64,000 bases of DNA from Cyclobacteriaceae bacterium (GTDB lineage: Bacteria > Bacteroidota > Bacteroidia > Cytophagales > Cyclobacteriaceae). Positions 56,324 to 64,000 of the stretch are shown here, one piece after another. The first letter of the stretch is position 1; each line of letters opens with the position of its first letter. The stretch lies in the NCBI GenBank assembly GCA_965601455.1, contig OZ271831.1:3816268-3880267 (forward strand). The letters run 5' to 3'. Both the position numbers and the translations under genes were made by a program. The notes under the pieces are model-generated. The model had not been told where the DNA came from. It saw nothing but the letters and a program-made list of their open reading frames with translations, and did no database searches.

Positions 56324-58363
56324 ATGAAAAAGCTCATTACACTTTTAGCTCTAATTGCCTGGGTTTCTTTCGAATCCCAAGCCCAAGAGGTCAACTCAGA
56401 CGATATGTTTGACCTTACCCTGGAGGAACTAATGAATATATCAGTAGAGTCTTCAACCAAGTCTCAAATGAACATTCAAAGAGCCCCCTCAGTGATCAGG
56501 GTTTATACACAGGAAGATTTTCAGAAATTCGGTTTCGTAGATCTCCAGGATGTTCTTATGTCCATTCCAGGAACTCAAATTCAACAATACAGAGCTGGAC
56601 ATCAGCTTACATGGATTCGGGGAGTACAAGCACGATATAATAATAAAGTGCTCTTACTCATTGATGGTGTTCCTATGAGAGACAGTTACTATGGAAATTT
56701 TAATATTGATGAGATGATCCCGATCGAAATGATCGAAAGAGTAGAGGTTATTAATGGACCAGGTTCAGTACTATACGGAGCCAACAGTTTCTCAGGAGTT
56801 ATAAGCGTAAAAACTAAAGACGCTGGAAAACAAGTAGGCGTTGATTACGGATCCTTTAACAGCATTTCCGCTCACGGTGAATTCAGTACTGGAGGCCTCT
56901 ATGGTCATGCAGGGGCATTTTCTACCAATGGTTTTGAACCAGAACTTAAGTCTAATGGACTTGCCAGAGACATTCCGCAGAATGGTCAGAATGTTTATGG
57001 CTATCTGAAATACAAATCAGAAGACCTTCAGGCAACCTTTGGTGTGATGGACTACGAGTATAACTACAAATACCGATCAACAGATAAGGATTATTCCTTC
57101 GAAAGAATGCCGATTTTTGGATCACTCAAATACGGATTAGATGTCGGTGAGAATGGAAGACTTAATGCAAACGCGTATATAAACGAGTTTAAGTTCACAC
57201 GAAACAAAATCAAATTCCTTAACGATGTCACTGATACACTTAAGGAAATGTCTACAAATCCACTTGACACCCGCATCATTGGAACTGACATAGAGTTCTC
57301 TCAAATCGCGGGAAATCATAATATTATTGCTGGCTTGTCACTTCAGCGCGACATGGCTGTCAATGTAAAGGAAGTAATCACTTTCGATGAAGGTGATGAA
57401 GTAAGAGTGGTCGAGCAAACCCTCCTGGATAACAACATTGCCAGGGACTTCACCGGTCTATTCGTGCAAGACGTATGGAACGTAAGTTCTAACTGGAGTT
57501 TAACCGGAGGATTGAGGTATGATATCTTGTCTGATTTCGACAATCAATTCAATTACCGACTAGGTATTACCGGAAACCTGACGTCAAACATCTACACAAA
57601 ACTTTTGTATGGAACGGCTTACAGAGTACCAGCCTATCGAGAATACATCGATGCAGAGGCACCGAATGCTAATTTGACACCAGAGAATCTAGCTACTGGT
57701 GAATTCCAAATCGGCTATTTGATGGATAGAGCCGACATCAACATAACATTATATAACAACAACTATTCTGATTTCATATCGGAGATTGTCGTTGATTCAA
57801 TCTTTGAAGACGGCGCATTCAGAGTCGTGGATGATGAAATGGCCTTTAACTTTAATTCAAGAAACATTACCGGAATCGAGCTTAACTCCAGGTTAAAACC
57901 TACAGATAGACTTACGCTGGACGGAGGTATTTCATTCCTGCTAAGTGCCACTTCAGAGTTTGGTAACCTGGACGCTAGTGTTTATACCAACGATGTAGTA
58001 CCACAGGGTAAAGTAGATATCGATTTCCTTAGTAATACCACAGGATATATTCTTTTCAACTACCAGTTGAACGATCGTTACAATGTAGGCTTTAACACGT
58101 ACTACTTCAGTGACAGAGGTGTGCCTTCCAACTATCAGGACGACGTACCGGCAGCTAATAGAAATTTAGATAACGCAAATGGTTTCCTGAAGACTGATGT
58201 TGTGGTAAATGCCAATCCTTTTGGAAATATGATCTTCAACCTGAAGTTAGCTAATGTATTTAATAACCAGTTTTACAGCCCTCCCTTCGGTGGTAGCGAT
58301 GGCTTCGATGCTGAATGGCCAGGCTTCAATTTCAGGCTTGCAGCCGTCTATCGATTCAATTAA
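56324..58363 (+). CDS. TonB-dependent receptor
   Basis: The ATG at 56324 gives MKKLITLLALIAWVSFESQAQ. It has an N-terminal LTLEELMNISVESSTK extension, a plug domain (IERVEVINGPGSVLYGANSFSGVISV) and a C-terminal beta-barrel ending YRF. Confidence 0.8.
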   Translation: MKKLITLLALIAWVSFESQAQEVNSDDMFDLTLEELMNISVESSTKSQMNIQRAPSVIRVYTQEDFQKFGFVDLQDVLMSIPGTQIQQYRAGHQLTWIRGVQARYNNKVLLLIDGVPMRDSYYGNFNIDEMIPIEMIERVEVINGPGSVLYGANSFSGVISVKTKDAGKQVGVDYGSFNSISAHGEFSTGGLYGHAGAFSTNGFEPELKSNGLARDIPQNGQNVYGYLKYKSEDLQATFGVMDYEYNYKYRSTDKDYSFERMPIFGSLKYGLDVGENGRLNANAYINEFKFTRNKIKFLNDVTDTLKEMSTNPLDTRIIGTDIEFSQIAGNHNIIAGLSLQRDMAVNVKEVITFDEGDEVRVVEQTLLDNNIARDFTGLFVQDVWNVSSNWSLTGGLRYDILSDFDNQFNYRLGITGNLTSNIYTKLLYGTAYRVPAYREYIDAEAPNANLTPENLATGEFQIGYLMDRADINITLYNNNYSDFISEIVVDSIFEDGAFRVVDDEMAFNFNSRNITGIELNSRLKPTDRLTLDGGISFLLSATSEFGNLDASVYTNDVVPQGKVDIDFLSNTTGYILFNYQLNDRYNVGFNTYYFSDRGVPSNYQDDVPAANRNLDNANGFLKTDVVVNANPFGNMIFNLKLANVFNNQFYSPPFGGSDGFDAEWPGFNFRLAAVYRFN

Positions 58364-58470
58364 GGAATCAATAATTACATAACAAGAAAAAGAAAAAGAC
58401 AAATAAATTAAGGGCTCCTGGTCACTGACCGATCATACCAGGTATCCCAACCATTAACTCATAAATTATC

Positions 58471-60885
58471 ATGAACACGCATTTAAAAGCGGCATTGTCA
58501 GTAGTGCTAGCTGCATGGATGACTAGTGCCTTTGCTCAGGAAGATGGAGACGTTTTATCTCTGTCCTTAGAAGACCTAATGGGAATGGAAATCACTTCTG
58601 TTTCGAAGAAGTCTGAGAGATTGCAGGACGTAGCTTCTTCAATCTACGTATTCACGTCAGAAGACCTGATGAAAACGGGAGCCACTTCCCTACATGAGGT
58701 ACTTAGAAATGTACCCGGGTACTGGGGAACACAGGACGAGTACTCTTCGGTTGAACTGTCTGTTCGCAATTCCAGAACAGCAAACAACATCAACGGAACG
58801 GTATTGTTTTTACTTGATGGAACCCCCATGCAGGATCTCATGTCCTCATCGTTCAACTTCAGAAACTTCGACCTGCCTTTGGATGAGATCGATCGTATCG
58901 AGGTTATCAGAGGATCAGGAGGAACTATCTACGGTGCAAACTCTGCAACTGGTGTAATCAACATCTTTACCAAGAATCCTGAAAAGTATGACGGCATTAA
59001 TGTTAGAGCTGAAGGTGCAACACCAGGATACCTTTCTGTAAGTGCGAGAGCAGGTGGAAAAGTAGGTGAAAACCTTTCAATCTCAGGCTACGGAAAAGTG
59101 AGAAATTTCACGGGTTTCGATTCCTTCGCAGGAAAAAATGACAATGGAGAATCGCTTGGAATCAATTCCAGATTCACGGAGGATTATGAAACTACATCGA
59201 TGATCAGTACGGGTCTGAAAGCTGTTTACAACTTTAACGAGAACGCAAAGTTCTCCGTTAACACGCACTTCAACACGTTACAGACCGTAGATTATACTTC
59301 TACTTATGAAGATGACGCGTTGGACATTTTCACAGCTACAATTGTTGGCGACCAGTTATTCCAAAATGACATCAACGATCGCCGGTTTGTAGGAAACATT
59401 CGATTTGATCAGAACTTTGGTGAAAATCATAGTTTGTTCGCGAGGGTCTCAACCAATAGTGAAAATGCTTTCAACCGTCTCGGCGGTGGTTTTTACACCA
59501 ACAATACATTCTACGATTTTGAAATCCAGGATAATATTGGCCTCGGTTCATTCAACGACTTAAGTTTCGGATTTAATTACCGAATTGTTCAGTTCGATAT
59601 CTATGATATCAATTCAAATACGGTAATCAATTTTACTGATCCTCAGGCGCAGGAATCCCTAACCGGAGCATTTGTACAGGATCGTGTTCGATTGCTAGAT
59701 GATAAATTGAATATCACACTTGGTATGAAAACAGAAAACTTCTCGCTGGTTAATGATAAGTACTATTGGTCACCAATGGCTAAGGTATCATTCATACCCA
59801 CAAGCAACCTGACTCTATGGGGTGGATTTACCCAATCGTACACAACTCCGGGTTTCAGTAACACAAATATTGAGCTCTTCCTGTTCCAAACGGCTCCAAG
59901 AGAAACATGGTTAGCAGCAGCTCAGTTTGGAGTCTATGATGCATTTTATGATACCTACCTTGAAATAGCAGAAGGACAAACAAGTACCCCTGAAGAGGCC
60001 GCAGCACTGGCCGATCAGTTAACAACTGATTTCCTTTCTAGTTCGCTGGCTACGGATCTTATTAACTCAACTGCTGATGGCCTTGAAAGAAGCAATCCGA
60101 ATTATGCGGTAAGAAATGGATCTAACACAGTTCCAACAAAATATCAAGCGTTTGAATTTGGTGCAAGAACCAGTGTAAGTAATATCCTGACCGTGGAAAC
60201 AAACCTTTTCTACAACATCATTTCCGATGGAATCGCTACACAGAGTTTCGATGAAGTTTCTGAATACCTTGAATCTCCCTTACAGCCAGGAAGGTTAGCT
60301 TTGTACTATCAGTACGGAAACTATGTTCAGGGAATAAGCCAGGGAGCTGAGTCAATGATCAGATGGATCCCTTCGTCAAGATTGAATTTCGAATTTTCGC
60401 ATACCTGGGTTGAAACTTCGTGGGAATACCAGGAAAACCCTGACTTCGACATCAACAACAGGCATCTCCTTTCTGAAGAGGAGCTGGATCGTACACCTGG
60501 TACACCTTATACTCCAAAGCATGTGTTCCGATTCAGAGGTATAGCTGATCTTGGTAATAATCTGAATGTAAGCGCTACATTCATCCAGTCAGGCAAATTT
60601 GCCACTGAATCACGATACCGTTTCGATGAGGAGAGATACGAAAATATTATTGGCAGCAGGTTGGAAGCGACTCCTTCTACTCTTATCGCCAAGAACACTA
60701 CTCGTACAATCTTAAGTCTACGAGTAGAAAAGGGCTTAATGGATAACAAACTTTCTGTTTATGCTTTTGGAAATGACCTTCTTAACGATGGAATTTTCGA
60801 AAGAACTAACCAGGTTTTCAACACCACTGTTAGTCAAATAGGCAGAATGTACGGCATTGGCTTGAACTACCAATTGGGAAATTAG
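58471..60885 (+). CDS. TonB-dependent receptor (paralogous type)
   Basis: It has a signal peptide, an LSLEDLMGMEITSVSKK extension, a plug domain (IDRIEVIRGSGGTIYGANSATGVINI) and a barrel ending with aromatic-rich strands. Confidence 0.8.
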   Translation: MNTHLKAALSVVLAAWMTSAFAQEDGDVLSLSLEDLMGMEITSVSKKSERLQDVASSIYVFTSEDLMKTGATSLHEVLRNVPGYWGTQDEYSSVELSVRNSRTANNINGTVLFLLDGTPMQDLMSSSFNFRNFDLPLDEIDRIEVIRGSGGTIYGANSATGVINIFTKNPEKYDGINVRAEGATPGYLSVSARAGGKVGENLSISGYGKVRNFTGFDSFAGKNDNGESLGINSRFTEDYETTSMISTGLKAVYNFNENAKFSVNTHFNTLQTVDYTSTYEDDALDIFTATIVGDQLFQNDINDRRFVGNIRFDQNFGENHSLFARVSTNSENAFNRLGGGFYTNNTFYDFEIQDNIGLGSFNDLSFGFNYRIVQFDIYDINSNTVINFTDPQAQESLTGAFVQDRVRLLDDKLNITLGMKTENFSLVNDKYYWSPMAKVSFIPTSNLTLWGGFTQSYTTPGFSNTNIELFLFQTAPRETWLAAAQFGVYDAFYDTYLEIAEGQTSTPEEAAALADQLTTDFLSSSLATDLINSTADGLERSNPNYAVRNGSNTVPTKYQAFEFGARTSVSNILTVETNLFYNIISDGIATQSFDEVSEYLESPLQPGRLALYYQYGNYVQGISQGAESMIRWIPSSRLNFEFSHTWVETSWEYQENPDFDINNRHLLSEEELDRTPGTPYTPKHVFRFRGIADLGNNLNVSATFIQSGKFATESRYRFDEERYENIIGSRLEATPSTLIAKNTTRTILSLRVEKGLMDNKLSVYAFGNDLLNDGIFERTNQVFNTTVSQIGRMYGIGLNYQLGN

Positions 60886-60912
60886 ATACTGTGTTAATTT
60901 GGGTTTGATGGG

Positions 60913-60948
60913 GCCGTCCTCTGATTCGTCAGAGGCGGCTCTTTTTTT
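60913..60948. terminator. Terminator hairpin between convergent genes
   Basis: gccgtcctctga-ttcg-tcagaggcggc (one bulge) followed by tcttttttt. Confidence 0.6.
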
Positions 60949-61534
60949 ATTCTTCCTTCTCCAACAGAACCTTCGTAATTCTGTTCAATTCATTTACTTT
61001 TTCAAAGAATCCCCCCTTTAGTTGGTCCCGAATGCCTTTAAGGTTCTGAAGCAACTCATCGGTATCTTCCGGAAGCTCTTCTTCCAGCATCTCTCGAAAT
61101 CGTTTGGCAAAAGTGGGAGACTTCCCATTTGTACTGATACCAATTTTCAAATCGCCTTTCTTTACCGTGGATCCAAGATAGAAATCACACAAGCCCGGTG
61201 TGTCAGCCACATTCGTTAATATGTTCCGGTCTGAAGCTAATTTTTTGAACTGCTTATGCAATTCCGGATTATCTGTTGCCAGTAACAACAAGTCAATACC
61301 ATCCAGGTCCTCATGCTTTACTGCTCTCTTCATTAATTTAATTGTATGATGACGACTCGAAAGGTCCTGGATCTCTTCCCTGATCTCCGGTGCAATTATC
61401 GTCACCTTAGCACACGGGTCATTCTTAAGAAGTGCCTCTAGCTTTTCTAATCCTACATTTCCACCACCTACCAAAAGGATCTGGATCTGATCTAATTTCA
61501 TGAAGACCGGAAATAACGAGTTACCCTGAATCAT
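60947..61534 (-). CDS. Precorrin-2 dehydrogenase / sirohydrochlorin ferrochelatase (CysG N-terminal-type, siroheme synthesis)
   Basis: It has the Rossmann motif ILLVGGGNVGLEKLEALL and is about 195 aa. It overlaps cobA by 4 nt. Confidence 0.85.
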   Translation of the reverse strand: MIQGNSLFPVFMKLDQIQILLVGGGNVGLEKLEALLKNDPCAKVTIIAPEIREEIQDLSSRHHTIKLMKRAVKHEDLDGIDLLLLATDNPELHKQFKKLASDRNILTNVADTPGLCDFYLGSTVKKGDLKIGISTNGKSPTFAKRFREMLEEELPEDTDELLQNLKGIRDQLKGGFFEKVNELNRITKVLLEKEE

Positions 61535-62283
61535 GCTACTTCTTTTGATAACATGGAAATTACCTCACTCGAAAATGCGTGTTTAGCCCCTTCTCCGAAA
61601 ATCAAAAGTGCTGGTGCCCGTGTTTCTGAAGCTTTCGATTCCTCAACAATAGAGTCCACAGTGCCCTTAACTAAAGTACTATTCCGCAGAGAACCGCTAC
61701 CGATGATGGCAACAGGAAGGTCCCCTCTCCCTTCATTTTTGAAGCGCTCGACAATCTGCGGAAGCTTCTTATACCCCATGAAGATTACAGTAGTGGCTGA
61801 ATACTTGGCCGCTAAGTCTATGTCTCCACTCAGGGTACCTTTTGAGGTAGTTGCTGTGACCACAGAAAAGCTCTGATTTATGCCACGGCATGTGAGCGGT
61901 ATCCCGAAAAGTCCTGGAAGCATGAGACTGCTAATTCCTATCACAACCTCCGTTTCAATACCATGGGACTGAGCATATTCTATTTCCTCAAATCCACGAG
62001 CAAAAACAAAAGGGTCACCTCCTTTTAACCGAACGACGTGGCCATGCTGATGGGCATTTTCCACGATCAATTGATGAATAGTATCTTGTGATACACTTGC
62101 CTGACCGGCGCGCTTCCCAACAGGAATGTGATGAGCATCGGGTGCATGAGATAATAAATCAGGATGAGTTAATGCATCGTACAACACAACATCGGCTGAT
62201 TGCAAAGCCTTTATTCCTTTAAGGGTGATGAGGTCCGGGTCCCCCGGACCTGCACCAACTAATGTCAACTTCGGATAAATCAT
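61531..62283 (-). CDS. cobA: Uroporphyrinogen-III C-methyltransferase (SUMT)
   Basis: LVGAGPGDPDLITLKG...ADVVLYD...VVRLKGGDPFVF is the TP-methylase signature. Confidence 0.9.
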   Translation of the reverse strand: MIYPKLTLVGAGPGDPDLITLKGIKALQSADVVLYDALTHPDLLSHAPDAHHIPVGKRAGQASVSQDTIHQLIVENAHQHGHVVRLKGGDPFVFARGFEEIEYAQSHGIETEVVIGISSLMLPGLFGIPLTCRGINQSFSVVTATTSKGTLSGDIDLAAKYSATTVIFMGYKKLPQIVERFKNEGRGDLPVAIIGSGSLRNSTLVKGTVDSIVEESKASETRAPALLIFGEGAKHAFSSEVISMLSKEVA

Positions 62284-64000
62284 GCCTTGTAGTAATTACT
62301 TACAACCGCTTTTTCCATCTTGTCCTTTCGGTTTGACCGATAGTCAAGTGCTGCCTGTAGAAATCGAGCAGCAGTTTCCAGGTAGTCATATGCAAAAGCC
62401 TCGGAAGGTGTTTGAACGTTTATTATATTCACATTTTCAGCGAAAGAATATCCTACCTCTATTTTACCGGACTCAATGAAATGATTTTCGAAGTCAGTTA
62501 TTATTCGATTGTGGGTATTGCAGTGAACATCAGCATCGAGTAATAATGCTTTGGCCGCAATAACAAAAGAGTGATAACCATAATAAATCGAATCTGACCA
62601 TCTCTGTTCAACAAATGCTTCTCTCGCTTTGTCTAACCTGTCCCGGGAATCCAGAAGAACAGTCTCAACGAGGTCCAGGGTCACCCCTGCGCATTCACCA
62701 ACGCCAATGGCTGGAATAAACTCCACTTCTCTACCCCAATCCAAATACTCCTCTTCGATCACCGTGCTTAAATCAGCCAGTTTCTTGAGCAAATCATAGA
62801 AATAGATTTTCCCCTGTTGGCGATAATACTCATTGAAATATTGATCGTCGGATGCATGATCTTCATAATCATCCAGCAACAGTCGAACAGCATCTGGTAT
62901 CCTTCTGGTAGGAAGTTTAATGACTTTCTCAGCGATGTATCCCTTACCATCCGGATCAACGCCTCCCCCAATCACCACTTGCATGGCGGGTAAAACCTTA
63001 CCCAGATATTTGATGCTGCTTCCATGAAATCCAATATTGGCCACCATATGCTGACCGCAGGAGTTCATGCAGCCACTAATCTTTATTTTGATCTGATTTT
63101 CATCAATCAGTTCAGGATATTCTTGTCGAACCAAGTCTTCAAGCTCGGTCGATAGCGCTGTGCTGTTGGTGACTCCAAGATTACAGGTATCGGTGCCAGG
63201 GCAGGCGGTAATATCGACTAAGGAATCAAACCCGGGTTCCGCAAAACCTATTTTTTCCAGCTCAGCGTATATATTCGGCAGGTTCTCGTATCGGACGAAT
63301 TTGATTAAAAGACCCTGGTTTACTGTTAGTCTAATATCCTTAGCGGCGTATTTATCAACTAAATCCGAGATTGCCCGTGCATCTTTACTTGTCAAATTAC
63401 CTAAAGGAACACGGACCTTGATAGCGTAATAGCCCTTTTGCTTTTGTTCAAATACATTGATATGCTTCCAACTTTCAAACTTCCGAATGTCCTTAATCGG
63501 TAGGGCTGGAAAGTGATTCAAGATCGGGGAGTGTAACTCTTTCTCCTCCGCTGCAATAGGAAAAGACTTGAATGGTAGTGCATTCCTTTGCTCTTCAACT
63601 AAGGTCAGGAACCCGTCCAGGCCAATACCTTTGGATGGTTCAATCAGGTATTTAAGGCGCGCTTTGTGTCTTCTTTCTCTTTCCCCATATCGATCAAAAA
63701 CTCTCAAGCTGCTTTCAATGAAAGGAATCAATTGATCAGCGGCTAGAAACTCATAAGCCTGCACTCCCATAAAAGCCTGCGCTCCTAGTCCTCCTCCAAC
63801 GAGTACACGAAATCCATGAATACCATCCTTAACTTTTGGGATGAATCCAAAATCATGAATGTAGGTGAATGCCTTATCCAGGTCGCTGGAAGAAAAAGCT
63901 ATCTTTATTTTTCTTCCCATATCCTGACATATGGGATTTCTTAGAAAATATTCTGTTACCGCCCGCGCATAGGGCGAGATATCAAACGGTTCATCCGGAT
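62280..64000 (-). CDS. Sulfite/nitrite reductase hemoprotein (siroheme-4Fe4S, ferredoxin-type) with a C-terminal helical extension. The N-terminus lies beyond the right edge.
   Basis: The frame stays open upstream of the track's Met at 63920 (..PDEPFDISPYARAVTEYFLRNPICQDMGRKIKIAFSSS). It has Cys cluster motifs (ITACPGTDTCNLGV, SGCMNSCGQH). It overlaps cobA by 4 nt (ATGA). Confidence 0.85.
   Translation of the reverse strand, partial: PDEPFDISPYARAVTEYFLRNPICQDMGRKIKIAFSSSDLDKAFTYIHDFGFIPKVKDGIHGFRVLVGGGLGAQAFMGVQAYEFLAADQLIPFIESSLRVFDRYGERERRHKARLKYLIEPSKGIGLDGFLTLVEEQRNALPFKSFPIAAEEKELHSPILNHFPALPIKDIRKFESWKHINVFEQKQKGYYAIKVRVPLGNLTSKDARAISDLVDKYAAKDIRLTVNQGLLIKFVRYENLPNIYAELEKIGFAEPGFDSLVDITACPGTDTCNLGVTNSTALSTELEDLVRQEYPELIDENQIKIKISGCMNSCGQHMVANIGFHGSSIKYLGKVLPAMQVVIGGGVDPDGKGYIAEKVIKLPTRRIPDAVRLLLDDYEDHASDDQYFNEYYRQQGKIYFYDLLKKLADLSTVIEEEYLDWGREVEFIPAIGVGECAGVTLDLVETVLLDSRDRLDKAREAFVEQRWSDSIYYGYHSFVIAAKALLLDADVHCNTHNRIITDFENHFIESGKIEVGYSFAENVNIINVQTPSEAFAYDYLETAARFLQAALDYRSNRKDKMEKAVVSNYYKA

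Noticed and set aside
1-64000. CRISPR arrays, rRNA genes, IS elements, transposases and integrases.
   Set aside because: I saw no regularly spaced repeat-spacer array. No ORF has DDE, tyrosine-recombinase or serine-recombinase motifs, and there is no rRNA-like sequence.

Overview
This window looks like a chromosomal segment of a Bacteroidota genome (Cytophagia/Flavobacteriia-like). Supporting signs are a T9SS C-terminal sorting domain, a SprB/MBG-repeat adhesin, many lipoprotein signal peptides, ECF sigma factors, an orphan FtsX-type permease and TonB-dependent receptors. All family names come from motif recognition in the translated ORFs, since no database search was possible.

Most of the content is ordinary:
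- a TetR-TolC-MFP-RND efflux operon at the left edge
- four beta-lactamase-fold serine hydrolases and a sulfatase
- a LytTR two-component system next to a ~1300-aa adhesin
- tRNA-Lys(UUU), rlmD, thiL, methylmalonyl-CoA epimerase and an IscA-type carrier
- an MCP-YfiR-2xTBDR cluster
- a sulfite reductase-cobA-cysG(N) operon running off the right edge

The stand-out is an ~8.5 kb plus-strand insertion at 42.5-51.1 kb, bracketed by a duplicated copy of the thiL 3' end, which looks like an att footprint. No recombinase is present inside it.

The insertion carries a tightly overlapping five-gene operon:
1. an AraC-HTH + class III adenylate cyclase + unknown helical domain fusion
2. an nSTAND-like P-loop NTPase with one TM helix, a long coiled coil and a predicted periplasmic WD40 propeller
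3. a TPR + outer-membrane beta-barrel protein
4. and 5. two lipoproteins

An AraC-style 17-4-17 direct-repeat motif occurs twice. One copy precedes the operon and the other precedes a small acidic lipoprotein gene at the island's right end. I read this as a candidate uncharacterised envelope-spanning signalling or conflict module.

Smaller oddities:
- an in-frame TGA truncating an SRPBCC gene
- a hydrolase whose lipoprotein signal peptide has only an ATT start
- a CxAxR sulfatase motif
- paired TetR operator-like sites
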